A stretch of 64,000 nt of DNA from an uncultured Methanomassiliicoccales archaeon (GCA_963695345.1 OY968769.1:2336001-2400000); one strand, 5' to 3'. Counted from the first letter of the stretch, positions 1 through 10,519 are shown. Notes: a model not told the origin generated them from the letters alone. Program-made: numbers and translations.

Positions 1-646
1 GGACACCATCGAACTGCATCACGGAGACATCGCGGTCCGCAAGAGCGGAGTGGTGGCCATCGAGGGGCTGATGGTCGCCCGGGCCCTCATGTACACATCG
101 GTCTACTTCCATCATACCGTGCGCATAGCGGAGATGATGCTGTGCAAGGCGGTCGAGAACGCCAGCGAGAGGGTAATCGAAGACATCCAGATCCAGACTG
201 ATGCCAGTCTCTCCGAGCGGCTCCTGAAGGATGGCGGAAACTCCAGTCGGATCATGACCCTGCTGCGGTACCGGCATTTGTACAAGCGGGCGTACTCGAT
301 GCTCATCTCCGATCTTGACCCGGAACAGCTGGACTCGCTGCTTCCTCTGACGTCCTACGAGAAGCGGAAGGACGTGGAACGACAGATAGCGGAGAGGGCG
401 GAGGTGGACGGATCGGAGGTCATCCTCGACATGCCCGAAAGGGAGCTGCTCATCACCGAGCCGCGCATCGGCAAGACCGAGGTGCCGATCATCAACGGGG
501 ACCGGGTCAGGCCGCTCTCCAAGTACAGCCCCCTGGCCAAGGCGATACAGACCCGCAGCGTCAACGATTGGGCGGTCATGGTGTCGACCCCCGGGGCCAA
601 CCAGGAGAGGGTGCGAAAGGCGGCCGAAAAAGTACTTTTCTCCTGA
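1..646 (+). CDS. HD-superfamily phosphohydrolase (dNTP triphosphohydrolase-like), 5' truncated by window edge
   Basis: Frame open from position 2; contains the motif ARALMYTSVYFHHTVRIAEMML typical of archaeal HD-domain phosphohydrolases. Confidence 0.75.
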   Translation, partial: DTIELHHGDIAVRKSGVVAIEGLMVARALMYTSVYFHHTVRIAEMMLCKAVENASERVIEDIQIQTDASLSERLLKDGGNSSRIMTLLRYRHLYKRAYSMLISDLDPEQLDSLLPLTSYEKRKDVERQIAERAEVDGSEVILDMPERELLITEPRIGKTEVPIINGDRVRPLSKYSPLAKAIQTRSVNDWAVMVSTPGANQERVRKAAEKVLFS

Positions 647-746
647 ACCATCGCTATCCGGAACAGGCCTGGCCAGGGACTACTTTCATCCTTGATATCC
701 GGGTCGAAAAACGCTTCAAACCATCCCCCCTATTCTATCTGCTACG

Positions 747-2012
747 ATGTTCGATCCCCTCTTCCTGTCCCTTTCCACCGTCGTTTCCATCCTCGCCATG
801 GTCATGGGAGGTTACGTTCTTTTCAGAAACCCGCATCAGGGGATATCAAGGTCGTTCTTCGTGGTCATGGTCTTCCTGTCATTGTCATCGGCCCTTGACT
901 ATCTGTTCCTCACCGCCGCCTCGATCGAGGTCGCCACCCTGATGGTGAGATTGCTGATATTCTGCCTGGTCTGCGTGTTCGGTGGATTCCTTTACCTGGC
1001 CACCTTCTTCTCGCTGCAGAGCGATTATTCCATTTTCCGCAGGAACAGGCTGCGATACATGGTACTGGTCATCTCCAGCGGGATCATTTCCGGTCTCTTC
1101 TTCGTCAAGGTTCAGATGGGCGATTTCGGCTGGTTCATCCCCAATTCGTTCGAGATGTTGGCATTAGGCCTATTGATCCTGACCTATCTGGGCTATGCCC
1201 TGTTCCTCTTGCATGCCGCCCATCGGGCGACCCGCGATCGCTCCGTCGACAAGTCCGTGGCCAGCCTGACCTTGGCCATGTCGGTGCCTTTCTGCTATCC
1301 TCTCCTGGTCTCGCTGGTCGAGCTGTTCGGCGTGTCCTTTCCCACACCGATGGCACCAGCCATCCTGATCACCTCCACGGTGTTCTTCTACGCCATCGTC
1401 AGGGAGCGGTTCCTGGATATCCGCCCCTCGGATGACTTCACCCGGGTCAAGTTCAAACCCATTGCCACCAAGCTCGAAACCGGGCGCTCCTATGCCGTCC
1501 AGGAAAAGGGGACGGAGGCGTCCTTCCGCATCTTTGCCTCCGAGCTCAACACCGGACGCAAGGGTCTGATCATATCCCAGAAGCACCCGGAACAGATCCG
1601 CGAGCAGTTCGGCCTGAAGAACACACCGATAATCTGGCTGGCCAACCGGCCGGTCAAGGAGGCGGTGTCGCCTTCGAACCTCCCTCTCCTGGAAAGGAAG
1701 ATAAAGCGCTTCATGAGCGAGGGGAGGAACACCATTGTCCTCATCGAGGGCTTGGACAATCTGATACTGGAAACATCCAGTGAAAAGACCATGAGGTTTC
1801 TGTTCGACCTCGGGGATGAGGCGCTGGTCCGGGGCTCCAGGCTGATCCTGTCTTTCGACCCCGAGGTCCTGTCCGAGCGCGACCTCGCGCTGCTGATGAG
1901 GGACATGGTGGTCCTGGACCATATGGGATTGCCGGTCCTCTTCCGGTCCGCGGGTGGCGCTGACCTGCCCGACCGGGTCGGGATCAGCCTTTCATCACAC
2001 CGATGGGCGTGA
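747..2012 (+). CDS. Membrane sensor-like protein: N-terminal 7TM (HisKA_7TM-like) plus C-terminal DUF835 domain
   Basis: About 7 hydrophobic segments, then GLIISQKHPEQIREQFGLKNTPIIWL and VLIEGLDNL, which are DUF835 signatures. Confidence 0.75.
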   Translation: MFDPLFLSLSTVVSILAMVMGGYVLFRNPHQGISRSFFVVMVFLSLSSALDYLFLTAASIEVATLMVRLLIFCLVCVFGGFLYLATFFSLQSDYSIFRRNRLRYMVLVISSGIISGLFFVKVQMGDFGWFIPNSFEMLALGLLILTYLGYALFLLHAAHRATRDRSVDKSVASLTLAMSVPFCYPLLVSLVELFGVSFPTPMAPAILITSTVFFYAIVRERFLDIRPSDDFTRVKFKPIATKLETGRSYAVQEKGTEASFRIFASELNTGRKGLIISQKHPEQIREQFGLKNTPIIWLANRPVKEAVSPSNLPLLERKIKRFMSEGRNTIVLIEGLDNLILETSSEKTMRFLFDLGDEALVRGSRLILSFDPEVLSERDLALLMRDMVVLDHMGLPVLFRSAGGADLPDRVGISLSSHRWA

Positions 2013-3438
2013 GCTTAACCACTGGCCTGGAAAGGCCCGCCCCGCTTACCACGGCGATGACATCATCAATGTCCTTGTAGGCGCCCGGCGCTTCCTCGAT
2101 GATGCCGTCCTTGGTGCTCGCCTTGAGGTAGATGCCCTTCGACTCGAGCTGCTGCTTGACCGTCGAGGCGTTGTAGGTGTTGATCGCAGTGGCCCTCGAC
2201 ATCATGCGGCCGGCGCCATGGCAGGTGGAACCGAACGATTCCTTCATCCCCCGGTCCGTTCCCACCAGCACGTAGGTTCCCGCACCCATGTCCCCCGGGA
2301 TGATGACCGGGTGACCTACCGAGGAATATTTGGATGGGAGCTCCGGATGGCCGGCCGGGAAGGCTCGGGTGGCCCCTTTTCGGTGCACGTAGACCTTCCT
2401 CCTCCTGCCATCGACCTCGTGTTCCTCCAGCTTGGCGATGTTGTGCGCCACGTCGTAAACGTGCCGCATATCCATGTCCTCTGCCTTCCGGTGGAACACG
2501 CTCTCGAACGATTGGCGGACCCAGTGCATGATCATCTGCCGGTTCGCCCAGGCGAAGTTGGCACCGGCGCTCATGCCGTTGAAGTAATCCTGCCCGTCCT
2601 TTGAGTTGACCGGTGCGCAGGCCAGCTGGCGGTCGGGGAGGTTCAGGTTCATGGATTTCAGCGACCGTTCCATGACCTGCAGGTAGTCGGTGGCGATCTG
2701 ATGGCCGCATCCCCGGGAACCGCAATGGATGGTCACCGTGATCTGGCCCTCATGGGTCAGGCCGAACGCCTTGGCGGCCGAGGGATCGAAGATCTTGTCG
2801 ACCTTGTCGATCTCCAGGAAATGGTTCCCCGAACCCAACGAGCCGACCTGCGGGATGCCTCTCTGCTTTGCCTTCTGGGAGACCTTGGTCGGGTCGGCGT
2901 TCTCCAGCCTGCCCCCCTCTTCGGTGGTCTCCAGGTCGTCCTCCCATCCGAAGCCCTTCCGGACCGCCCATTCCGCTCCCTCGGTGAGGATGGCGTCGAT
3001 CTCGCTGGACGCCACATCGACCACGCCTTCCGAGCCGACACCGGAAGGGACATTCTTGAACAGCGTGCCGATGAGGTCCTTGACCCGGGGCTCGACGTCC
3101 TTGACCTCCAGGTTGGTGCTGAGGAGCCTCACCCCGCAGTTGATGTCGAAGCCGATGCCGCCGGGCGAGATGACTCCCTCCTCGGAATCCATCGCCGCGA
3201 CGCCGCCGATCGGAAACCCATATCCCCAATGGATATCCGGCATGGCCAATGACTTCCCGACTATGCCCGGTAGGGTGGCCACGTTGGCCGCCTGCTCCGG
3301 TGAATTGTCGCTCAGCACATGCTCGATCATCTTGTCATTGGAATAGATCATGGCGCTGGTGCGCATTCCCGGTTTGTAATCCTGCGGGATCTCCCAGCGG
3401 TAATCGTCGATCTTGTTGATGGTTCCCTTCCAAGCCAA
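1984..3438 (-). CDS. rtcB: RNA-splicing ligase RtcB
   Basis: Motifs MPDIHWGYGFPIGG, GFDINCGVR, GSGNHFLE, HCGSRG, YDVAHN, HRKGATRAF, STCHGAGR, EEAPGAYK. Confidence 0.97.
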   Translation of the reverse strand: MAWKGTINKIDDYRWEIPQDYKPGMRTSAMIYSNDKMIEHVLSDNSPEQAANVATLPGIVGKSLAMPDIHWGYGFPIGGVAAMDSEEGVISPGGIGFDINCGVRLLSTNLEVKDVEPRVKDLIGTLFKNVPSGVGSEGVVDVASSEIDAILTEGAEWAVRKGFGWEDDLETTEEGGRLENADPTKVSQKAKQRGIPQVGSLGSGNHFLEIDKVDKIFDPSAAKAFGLTHEGQITVTIHCGSRGCGHQIATDYLQVMERSLKSMNLNLPDRQLACAPVNSKDGQDYFNGMSAGANFAWANRQMIMHWVRQSFESVFHRKAEDMDMRHVYDVAHNIAKLEEHEVDGRRRKVYVHRKGATRAFPAGHPELPSKYSSVGHPVIIPGDMGAGTYVLVGTDRGMKESFGSTCHGAGRMMSRATAINTYNASTVKQQLESKGIYLKASTKDGIIEEAPGAYKDIDDVIAVVSGAGLSRPVVKLTPIGVMKG

Positions 3439-3547
3439 ATGTCACACCAGAACACGTACATGGCGGGGGTTAGATAAAGTTTTCAAATACACTACCGAAC
3501 AAAGGATAATTAGAGCATATGGGCATCGGGATGGGGCATAGGCGACT

Positions 3548-4736
3548 ATGATTCAGAATATTGCATGGTACTCAGCCTTCCCCCTGATGACGGGGGCCTT
3601 GGCACTGGTGTTGGGAATCGCGGCTCTCCGCCGGGACCGCCACATCGCCATAGCCAACGGGTTCCTGGTGCTCATGCTGGTCTTCCTCTGCGCCGGAATA
3701 TTCGATTTCCTGATGATCAACGCCTCAGATACGGAAACGGCCCTGCTGTTCGCCCGGGGGCTGATCCTTTCGATAGTCCTGATCTTTGCCGGTTTCCTCT
3801 TCCTGTCCACCAGTCTGGCCCTGATACCTCTCAACAGATGGCTGGGAAAGAACATCGTCCTGTACTCGGCGATGTCGTTCCTGGTCGGTCTGGTGCTGGC
3901 CTACAACCTGAACAGCCTGGAGCACAACCAGTACGGTTTCGGATTACCGGACACACCGGCGACATTGACGATACTGGTCGTGTTGGCGGCATTCACCGCG
4001 TATCACGCTTTCCCTGCTGGTCCGGCGTTGGCAGCAGTCCGATGATGAGATGGTAAGGGGAGTGTGCCTGCTCCTCGCCATGGCGGTCGCGGCGCCCTAT
4101 CTGTGGGGTCTGTCGCTGTTCATCATGGACCTTTACGATTTCGTTGTGCCCAGCGAGCTTTCTCCGGGATTCTTCGTCTCCATCGTGATCATCGGGTTTT
4201 CCTTCTACCGGCATCGTTTTTTCACCGTGGTGCCCGTTTCCGAGGACCGGGCCAGCATCATCGGCGCCAAAGGGCAGGAAGTGCTTCCGGAGGGAAGCTA
4301 CATTCTATTCGAGGAGGACAGGCCCGAAAGCATGTACGAGACCCTGCTGACCACGGTCTCCAACGGGGTCGAGGGCCTCATCGTCACCCGGACCTACCCC
4401 GACGATCTGCGGGAGAGGCACGGCCTGAAGCGAACCCCCGTGATATGGCTGTGCTCTCAGCCCGGTCAGGACTGGGTCGACCCCACTAACCTGTCCATCC
4501 TTGAGCACACCATCATCGAGTTCCTGAAAATGGGCCACAACACCGTGGTGGCGATCGATGGGATGGAATACCTCATCGCCAACAACGGTTCGCCCAAAGT
4601 GCTGCGCTTCCTGTATGGCCTGAGGGACGAGATACTGATGAGCCAATCCCGTCTGCTCATCACCATGAACCCCAAGGTGCTTGATGAAAAGGAGCTCGCC
4701 TTCTTCGAAAGGGACTTCATGGTGATAAAAAGATGA
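3548..4736 (+). CDS. 7TM plus DUF835 protein, split by a single-base frameshift near 4000 (ORFs 3548-4045 and 4050-4736)
   Basis: Removing one base near 4001 joins ...LAAFTA to ITLSLLVRRWQQSDDEMVRG...; C-terminal GLIVTRTYP, PVIWL, AIDGMEYL match DUF835; same architecture as 747-2012. Confidence 0.7.
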
Positions 4737-4743
4737 CAAGAAG

Positions 4744-4817
4744 GGCCGCGTCCGTGATTTGAACACGGGTCAAAGGATCCACAGTCCCACAGGATACCAG
4801 GCTACCCCAACGCGGCC
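4744..4817 (-). tRNA. tRNA-His(GTG) with genomically encoded G-1
   Basis: Reverse complement GGCCGCGTTGGGGTAGCCTGGTATCCTGTGGGACTGTGGATCCTTTGACCCGTGTTCAAATCACGGACGCGGCC: acceptor stem GCCGCGT/ACGCGGC, anticodon loop CTGTGGA, T-loop GTTCAAATC. Confidence 0.93.
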
Positions 4818-5118
4818 ATGCTGGAAGTTGTGGAACGCGTTTTGATTAATAAATGTTGCGCGTCACATTCATAAGGGAACAACCTGAAGGACAGGGGCGT
4901 TTTTTCCCAGAGTCCCATTGCGTCGACATAAGGACTTCGACCGGTCCGCCCATCTTCCGGGACGGGCGGGTCCGCCTTAACCATCCTCCGTCCAGGGGGT
5001 CCGGGGATGGATCCCTGTCCGGACCGCGCGATTCCACTAATAACTGGATTGCGCCAATATTCACATTATTTGTCCTATCGAGCGAACGGTTTAATAAAGC
5101 CACTCAAATCCAGGAGCG

Positions 5119-5955
5119 ATGCGGGACAAAATTGCGGTGGTCGTCCCATTCATTCTCATAGTCATAGCTGAGATATTCTTCTTCCTCAAGGACGCCTCCG
5201 ACACCCTTTCACTGCACGTGGTGAACATCTTCATCTGCGTTCTGATGGCCATCTTCATCGAGCGCTACTCGGATGTGTTCCAGGCGCTCATGCTCATATC
5301 GCTGCTCCGGGTCCTGAACGTCGGGATGCCGATCTTCTTCAACATGACCCTGTACTGGATGCCGTTCGTGTACGGGACAATAATCCTTTCCGGATACATC
5401 CTTTGGAAGATGGCCTTCGATACCAATGCCCAGAACGAGGGAGGTATAAGGAAACTGAAGGCTTACATCCTGGTCAATGCCAGACGCATCTGGGATTTCA
5501 TTAACCGGGGGGGAATGGAACAGAGCTCCAAATGGAACACTCTGTACGTTCCTTCGGCGATCGTCATCGGATTGGTGATGGCGAACTTCGAGTACCTCGT
5601 CCTCGGTCCCAACCCTCTCATCCCCGATCTGAGCGCGTTCAATCTCACCGTGCTCGCCGTGGTCATGATCATGTTCGTCGGTTTCGGGGAGGAGCTGGTC
5701 TTCAGAGGGTTCCTCCAGGCCCGGATAGAACGCCATTGGGGCATACCGTTGGCCCTTTTCACTTCCGCCTTCATGTTCTCCATAATGCACTCCGGATACG
5801 GCAGCATCCCGTACCTGATCTTCGTTTTCATCGTCGGTTTCATCCTGGCGGTGCTTTTCTGGAAGACCCGGAGCCTGATCTTCGTCGCGCTGATCCACGG
5901 GATCCTGAACTTCTTCCTGTTCTCGTTCCTACCCTACGGATGGGCTGTCTTCTAG
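5119..5955 (+). CDS. CPBP family (CAAX/Abi) intramembrane metalloprotease
   Basis: GFGEELVFRGFLQ, FSIMH and IHGILN motifs; multi-TM. Confidence 0.88.
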   Translation: MRDKIAVVVPFILIVIAEIFFFLKDASDTLSLHVVNIFICVLMAIFIERYSDVFQALMLISLLRVLNVGMPIFFNMTLYWMPFVYGTIILSGYILWKMAFDTNAQNEGGIRKLKAYILVNARRIWDFINRGGMEQSSKWNTLYVPSAIVIGLVMANFEYLVLGPNPLIPDLSAFNLTVLAVVMIMFVGFGEELVFRGFLQARIERHWGIPLALFTSAFMFSIMHSGYGSIPYLIFVFIVGFILAVLFWKTRSLIFVALIHGILNFFLFSFLPYGWAVF

Positions 5956-6110
5956 AGGATACAACATGGTGGACAATATGGCTGACTAGTAGCCGGATGG
6001 ACACAACGGTGTAGTTCTGTCTCCCTGGTGTCAGTTATTATAATAATTTCCTGACATTGACACTACTTCTCGGCCATACCAATGGCCATGATGATTCGAA
6101 GGTAATTCAA

Positions 6111-7040
6111 ATGGTGGTCAAGAAACGCGACGTCATCTCGATGCTAGACCTCAAGGACGATCTAGAGGACGTCTTGGAATTGGCAGCGCAGCTCAAGAAA
6201 GGGAAGTATCGCAACGCCGAGCCCCTCAAGAACATGACCATGGCCATGTTGTTCGAGAAGGCGAGCACGCGCACCCGGGTATCATTCGAGGTGGGCATGA
6301 CCCAGCTGGGCGGACACGCGATATTCCTCAGCCCCAAGGACATGCAGCTGGGAAGGGGCGAGACGGTCGCTGACACCGCAAAGGTGATGAGCCGCTATGT
6401 CGACGTGATAATGTACCGCGCCTTCAAGCACGAGATCATGTTGGAACTGGCCCAGTGCTCGACAGTTCCGGTGATAAACGCACTGGATGACCTCGAGCAC
6501 CCCTGCCAGATAATGGCCGACCTGCAGACGATCAAGGAACGCAAGGGCAAGCTGGACGGGCTCAAGCTCACCTACGTTGGCGACGGGAACAATGTCTGCA
6601 ACTCCCTAATGCTCGGCGCCGCCATGACCGGCATGGATTTCGTGGCCGGATGCCCCAAGGGATACCAGCCGAACCTCGAACTGGCCAAGAAGGCGAGGGA
6701 GATCGCCGAGGCGAAAGGTCGCACGGTCTCGGTGGTCGAGGACCCCAAGGTGGCAGCCAAGGACGCCGACGTGCTCTATACCGATGTCTGGGTTTCCATG
6801 GGCGAGGAGGACGAGGCGGCCCAGCGGGAACGGGTGTTCAAACCCTATCAGATCAATGCTGACATGTTGTCGCTGGCCAAGGATGATGCGATCGTCCTGC
6901 ACTGCATGCCCGCTCACCGCGGCATGGAGATCAGCGCCGAGGTCTTCGACGGCGAGAGGAGCGTTGTCTTCGATGAGGCGGAGAACCGCCTGCACGCCCA
7001 GAAAGCGATAATCCTGACCGTGATGGGTCACCCTAACTGA
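6111..7040 (+). CDS. argF: Ornithine carbamoyltransferase
   Basis: STRTRVSFE, HPCQ, GDGNNV, YTDVWVSMG, HCMPAHRG, EAENRLH motifs. Confidence 0.96.
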   Translation: MVVKKRDVISMLDLKDDLEDVLELAAQLKKGKYRNAEPLKNMTMAMLFEKASTRTRVSFEVGMTQLGGHAIFLSPKDMQLGRGETVADTAKVMSRYVDVIMYRAFKHEIMLELAQCSTVPVINALDDLEHPCQIMADLQTIKERKGKLDGLKLTYVGDGNNVCNSLMLGAAMTGMDFVAGCPKGYQPNLELAKKAREIAEAKGRTVSVVEDPKVAAKDADVLYTDVWVSMGEEDEAAQRERVFKPYQINADMLSLAKDDAIVLHCMPAHRGMEISAEVFDGERSVVFDEAENRLHAQKAIILTVMGHPN

Positions 7041-8521
7041 GCCGTGACGATACGGTCGATCTCAGCCAGGAAATCCTCTTCCCTTCCCGGCGGTATGGTC
7101 GCGCCGGCGGCGATGTTGTGGCCACCGCCGGTGCCTCCCACCGATTCGGAGGCGCAGCGCATCGCCGATGAAAGGTCAAGACCTCTTTCGACCAGTTCCT
7201 TCGTGCCTCGGGCGGAGGCCTTCGTCATCTCGACGCTGTCGTCATCGACGCTCACCGCGAAAGCGAGCAGCGGTCGATCGCATGGTATTTCCCCCGATCC
7301 GAGCAGCATCCCGGCCACTATGCCGACCACCGTGTCCTCTATCGGCAGACAGAAGGACCCGTCCATGTTCCTCAGGTACTGAACCGATCCAAGCACCACC
7401 CGGTCCTTTCCCTTGACCATCTCGATCGCGCCCTTCAGATTGTCCCGGTGGTTCTGCAGGTTGCGCAGCGCCTTCTGCTTCTCCCGCTTCAGCTGCGGTC
7501 CCTTGATGCAGACCTCCAGTCCGGTCGGTGCCTTCTCGTACCGGCCGCAGGAGTTGAGCAGGGTGGCGAACTCTTTGGCATCGTGCATGACCGTCCCCGG
7601 TTCCTCGCGCACCAGGGAATAGACCTCTCCCATCAGACGGGACGATGCCTCGCTCCCTTGACCGGCCTTATCCAGTATTTCTTTCAGAACACCCACGATG
7701 CGTTCCTTCTCATCGGTCCTGAGGTCCCTCCAACATCTCCAACGGCCGTCCTCCTTGAGCGGTACGCCCTGCTGCCTGAACAGCTCATAGCACAGGGACT
7801 CCTCGTTGGTGAGGTGGGGGAGCCGCGGGTCTGACGAGTACTTGAGGAAGTTCACCAGTGGCCGGGTCTCCCGGCCGAAGTACCGCACGTCCTGTGCGGT
7901 CTTGACCGAACCGACCATTTCCGCATCCTCCAGTATGCGGCGGTTCAATCCGATGAGTCGGCATTCCGAGGAGTCCTGGAAATCTCCCACCGCTCCGACG
8001 ATGGCCAAATGGGCCAAGTCCCGGTTCCTTCCGTCCATCGCCTTGGCGATGGCGTAGGCCGCCCCGGCGCCGCTCAGTTCCTTTGAACCATCGAACCCGA
8101 ACAGGTGCGGGTTGAGGTGCCGGGAATCGCCGGTATCGAAATCCAGGAGGTTCACCTGTCCTTTCTTCCTCGATCTGGGCCGTCCCGCCGGATCCACCTC
8201 ATGGTGATCGGCGATGCACAGCCCGGGATGATCCAGTTTGGACGCGTAGCCGCTCCCCAGGTCCACCAGCAGAACCCCGTCCGATTCGATCCGGTTGATC
8301 CGTTTGATCTCGTTCTCGTCGATCTTCTTGATGAAATTGTATTGAACGTCGATGCGCTGTTCCTGCAGCGACTTGAACGCGATGGACGTGGCGGTGATGC
8401 CGTCCGCGTCTATGTGCCCGACCACCGTGACCTTCCTGCATGTGAGGAGGAAATCCGCTATCTCCTTTGCCTGATTGTCGAACCCCGCCAGGTCCCTATG
8501 CTCTGTGTTCGTAGCCTGCAT
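7028..8521 (-). CDS. DHH family phosphoesterase (RecJ-like exonuclease) with DHHA1 domain
   Basis: GHIDADG, VDLG, DHH and C-terminal GGGHNIAAG motifs. Confidence 0.88.
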   Translation of the reverse strand: MQATNTEHRDLAGFDNQAKEIADFLLTCRKVTVVGHIDADGITATSIAFKSLQEQRIDVQYNFIKKIDENEIKRINRIESDGVLLVDLGSGYASKLDHPGLCIADHHEVDPAGRPRSRKKGQVNLLDFDTGDSRHLNPHLFGFDGSKELSGAGAAYAIAKAMDGRNRDLAHLAIVGAVGDFQDSSECRLIGLNRRILEDAEMVGSVKTAQDVRYFGRETRPLVNFLKYSSDPRLPHLTNEESLCYELFRQQGVPLKEDGRWRCWRDLRTDEKERIVGVLKEILDKAGQGSEASSRLMGEVYSLVREEPGTVMHDAKEFATLLNSCGRYEKAPTGLEVCIKGPQLKREKQKALRNLQNHRDNLKGAIEMVKGKDRVVLGSVQYLRNMDGSFCLPIEDTVVGIVAGMLLGSGEIPCDRPLLAFAVSVDDDSVEMTKASARGTKELVERGLDLSSAMRCASESVGGTGGGHNIAAGATIPPGREEDFLAEIDRIVTAQLG

Positions 8522-9305
8522 TGATGTCCCTCATCATCTTCTCCTTCATGATGTCGTAGACGAGCTCGGCCAACGGTTCCATGTTCTTCACATCCTCGGC
8601 GTTGTACCGGGTGAGCAGGTCCAGGGCGTTCTGATTGCCTTTCCTGCTCCAGAGATGCCACAGGTACACTGCCTGTTCTCCGGTGACATACTCGACCTCC
8701 TGCGGTCTGGAGATACCGATCTGCTGTTCCACGGACTTCAGGCCGCCGTGGTACCCCGCCTTGGGACAGACGTGGCGCAGGTCGAAGTGCGGCACCCGGG
8801 GGACGCAGAAGGGGAACTCGTGCCCTATCATGGGCAGATCGAACGAGCTGCCGTTGAAGGTGACCAGCATCTTCACCCCGTCGAGCGCTTCCTTGATCGA
8901 CGCCTGGTCGAGGCCCTGTCCCCGGACCAAAGTGGTCATCTTGCCGTTACGCATGATCCCCACCATGGTAACCACATGCCCCGGCCCGATCCCATCCGAT
9001 TCGATGTCCAGATAGGCCGTGCCCTGTTTCAGCTCGTCAAAGAGGCGCCATTGCTCGGTGGACGGCAGCAGGCCGCAGAAGTATTCGGAGCGTTCCCGGC
9101 CCAAGTAGTCCTCGGCCTCATTGAGCCGAAGGTCCAGGTCCTCCTTCCTCTTCCTGGAGAAACCGGCGATCGTATCCGTGGAAAGGAACTCGTTCCAGGT
9201 CGTGGTTCCTCGGCTCCAGATCCGCTTTTCGGTGGCCTTGCCGACGCTTGGCAGGAACAAGAAGGAACGGCGTATCATCCGTTGGCGGACGCTCTGCCTA
9301 ATCAT
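8496..9305 (-). CDS. RNase H-like (YprB-type) exonuclease with N-terminal HhH-like segment
   Basis: LPSVGKATE, YLDIESDG, TFNGSSFDLP, HFDL, GGLKSVE, YNAEDV motifs. Confidence 0.85.
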   Translation of the reverse strand: MIRQSVRQRMIRRSFLFLPSVGKATEKRIWSRGTTTWNEFLSTDTIAGFSRKRKEDLDLRLNEAEDYLGRERSEYFCGLLPSTEQWRLFDELKQGTAYLDIESDGIGPGHVVTMVGIMRNGKMTTLVRGQGLDQASIKEALDGVKMLVTFNGSSFDLPMIGHEFPFCVPRVPHFDLRHVCPKAGYHGGLKSVEQQIGISRPQEVEYVTGEQAVYLWHLWSRKGNQNALDLLTRYNAEDVKNMEPLAELVYDIMKEKMMRDINAGYEHRA

Positions 9306-9419
9306 ATCGTTTTCTATCGGTCACACGAAAGTGGCCGATCTAGATCGGACGGAACGGGCTCCCCATTGTTCAAAAGGTTCAAGTCCTGAATGCTTGTTTG
9401 TTCCGCAAGGTAGAGCCCG

Positions 9420-10148
9420 ATGTTCAACGTCCAGATATTTCCCGGGGTCAGGATCACCAACGACCTCTGCCTTTGGATGGAGGACCGGGGTACGCTGGCC
9501 ATGGCCGACCTCCATATCGGTCTGGAAGCGGCGCTGGAGCTGACCGGGGTGCACCTCCCGAGGATCCAGTCAGCCACCATGAAGGAGTCGCTCATCCGCA
9601 TCATGGACCGGTACGATCCCGACACCGTTCTGATCCTGGGCGATCTCAAGCACGAGTTCTCCGGCAATCTCGACCAGGAATGGAAGGACGTCAGGGACAT
9701 CCTTTCGATGCTCAGGGACACCGCCACGGTGAAGGTGGCCAAGGGTAACCACGACAACTATCTGGCGAACATATCGCATAGGTTGGGGATCGAGGTCGCC
9801 GACAGTTTCGAGATCGACGGAATCGCCTTCATGCACGGGCACGCCATGAGCCCGCACCGGCCCCTGGTGATCGGGCACGAGCATCCGTCCGTACGCATCT
9901 TCGACCGGGTGGGGGCGTATCTGAAGCTTCCCTGCTTCCTCCATTTTGAAAAAGAGCAGATACTGGTGCTGCCAGCGTTCTCGCCCCTTTCCTCCGGCAC
10001 GGACTTCACCAACCTGGGACGGGCCGATACCATGTCGCCGGTCCTGGAGGGCGCGGACATTGAGGACGCCAAGGTCTACGCCTGCACCGAGATAGGCCTT
10101 CTCTCCATGGGCACCATCAGGGACCTGGGCCGGATCAGGACGTTCTGA
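9420..10148 (+). CDS. Calcineurin-like metallophosphoesterase
   Basis: ADLHIG, LGDLKH, GNHD, HGH, GHEHP, LPAFS motifs. Confidence 0.9.
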   Translation: MFNVQIFPGVRITNDLCLWMEDRGTLAMADLHIGLEAALELTGVHLPRIQSATMKESLIRIMDRYDPDTVLILGDLKHEFSGNLDQEWKDVRDILSMLRDTATVKVAKGNHDNYLANISHRLGIEVADSFEIDGIAFMHGHAMSPHRPLVIGHEHPSVRIFDRVGAYLKLPCFLHFEKEQILVLPAFSPLSSGTDFTNLGRADTMSPVLEGADIEDAKVYACTEIGLLSMGTIRDLGRIRTF

Positions 10149-10163
10149 TCGAGCGTCAGTGGG

Positions 10164-10511
10164 TCATGACTTCTCGTTCTTTGGTTCGTTCCTGACCTCC
10201 CAGGCCAGGAACACGCTCAGCACCGTCCTGATACCAACCACGACGGCCAGCAGCAACAGGTCGTTGAAGGTGGGGGCCACGAACGATGTCAATATGTCTC
10301 CGGCAATGAAGAAGTCAAGTCCGAGCACGATCAGCTGGGTGAACCGGCGCTTGATATCGGAATATTCCATCGGTCTCCGCAGGAGAGCGTTGTACGTGAG
10401 CCTCCCGGCCGCCCAGAACCCTCCCAGCGATACTATCACCACCCCGATGGCGCTGAAGATGAGGGTAAGGAAGTTGGTCACGTCCGTCAGCGGGGTGAAT
10501 GTGATGGCCAT
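10164..10511 (-). CDS. DUF1622 family membrane protein
   Basis: LGLDFFIAGDIL and IRTVLSVFL motifs; three hydrophobic segments; immediately downstream of echF. Confidence 0.7.
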   Translation of the reverse strand: MAITFTPLTDVTNFLTLIFSAIGVVIVSLGGFWAAGRLTYNALLRRPMEYSDIKRRFTQLIVLGLDFFIAGDILTSFVAPTFNDLLLLAVVVGIRTVLSVFLAWEVRNEPKNEKS

Positions 10512-10519
10512 GGCGACAC

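Noticed and set aside
4744-4817. tRNA-His as an integration site for a mobile element
   Set aside because: No integrase and no duplicated tRNA 3' end seen in the window
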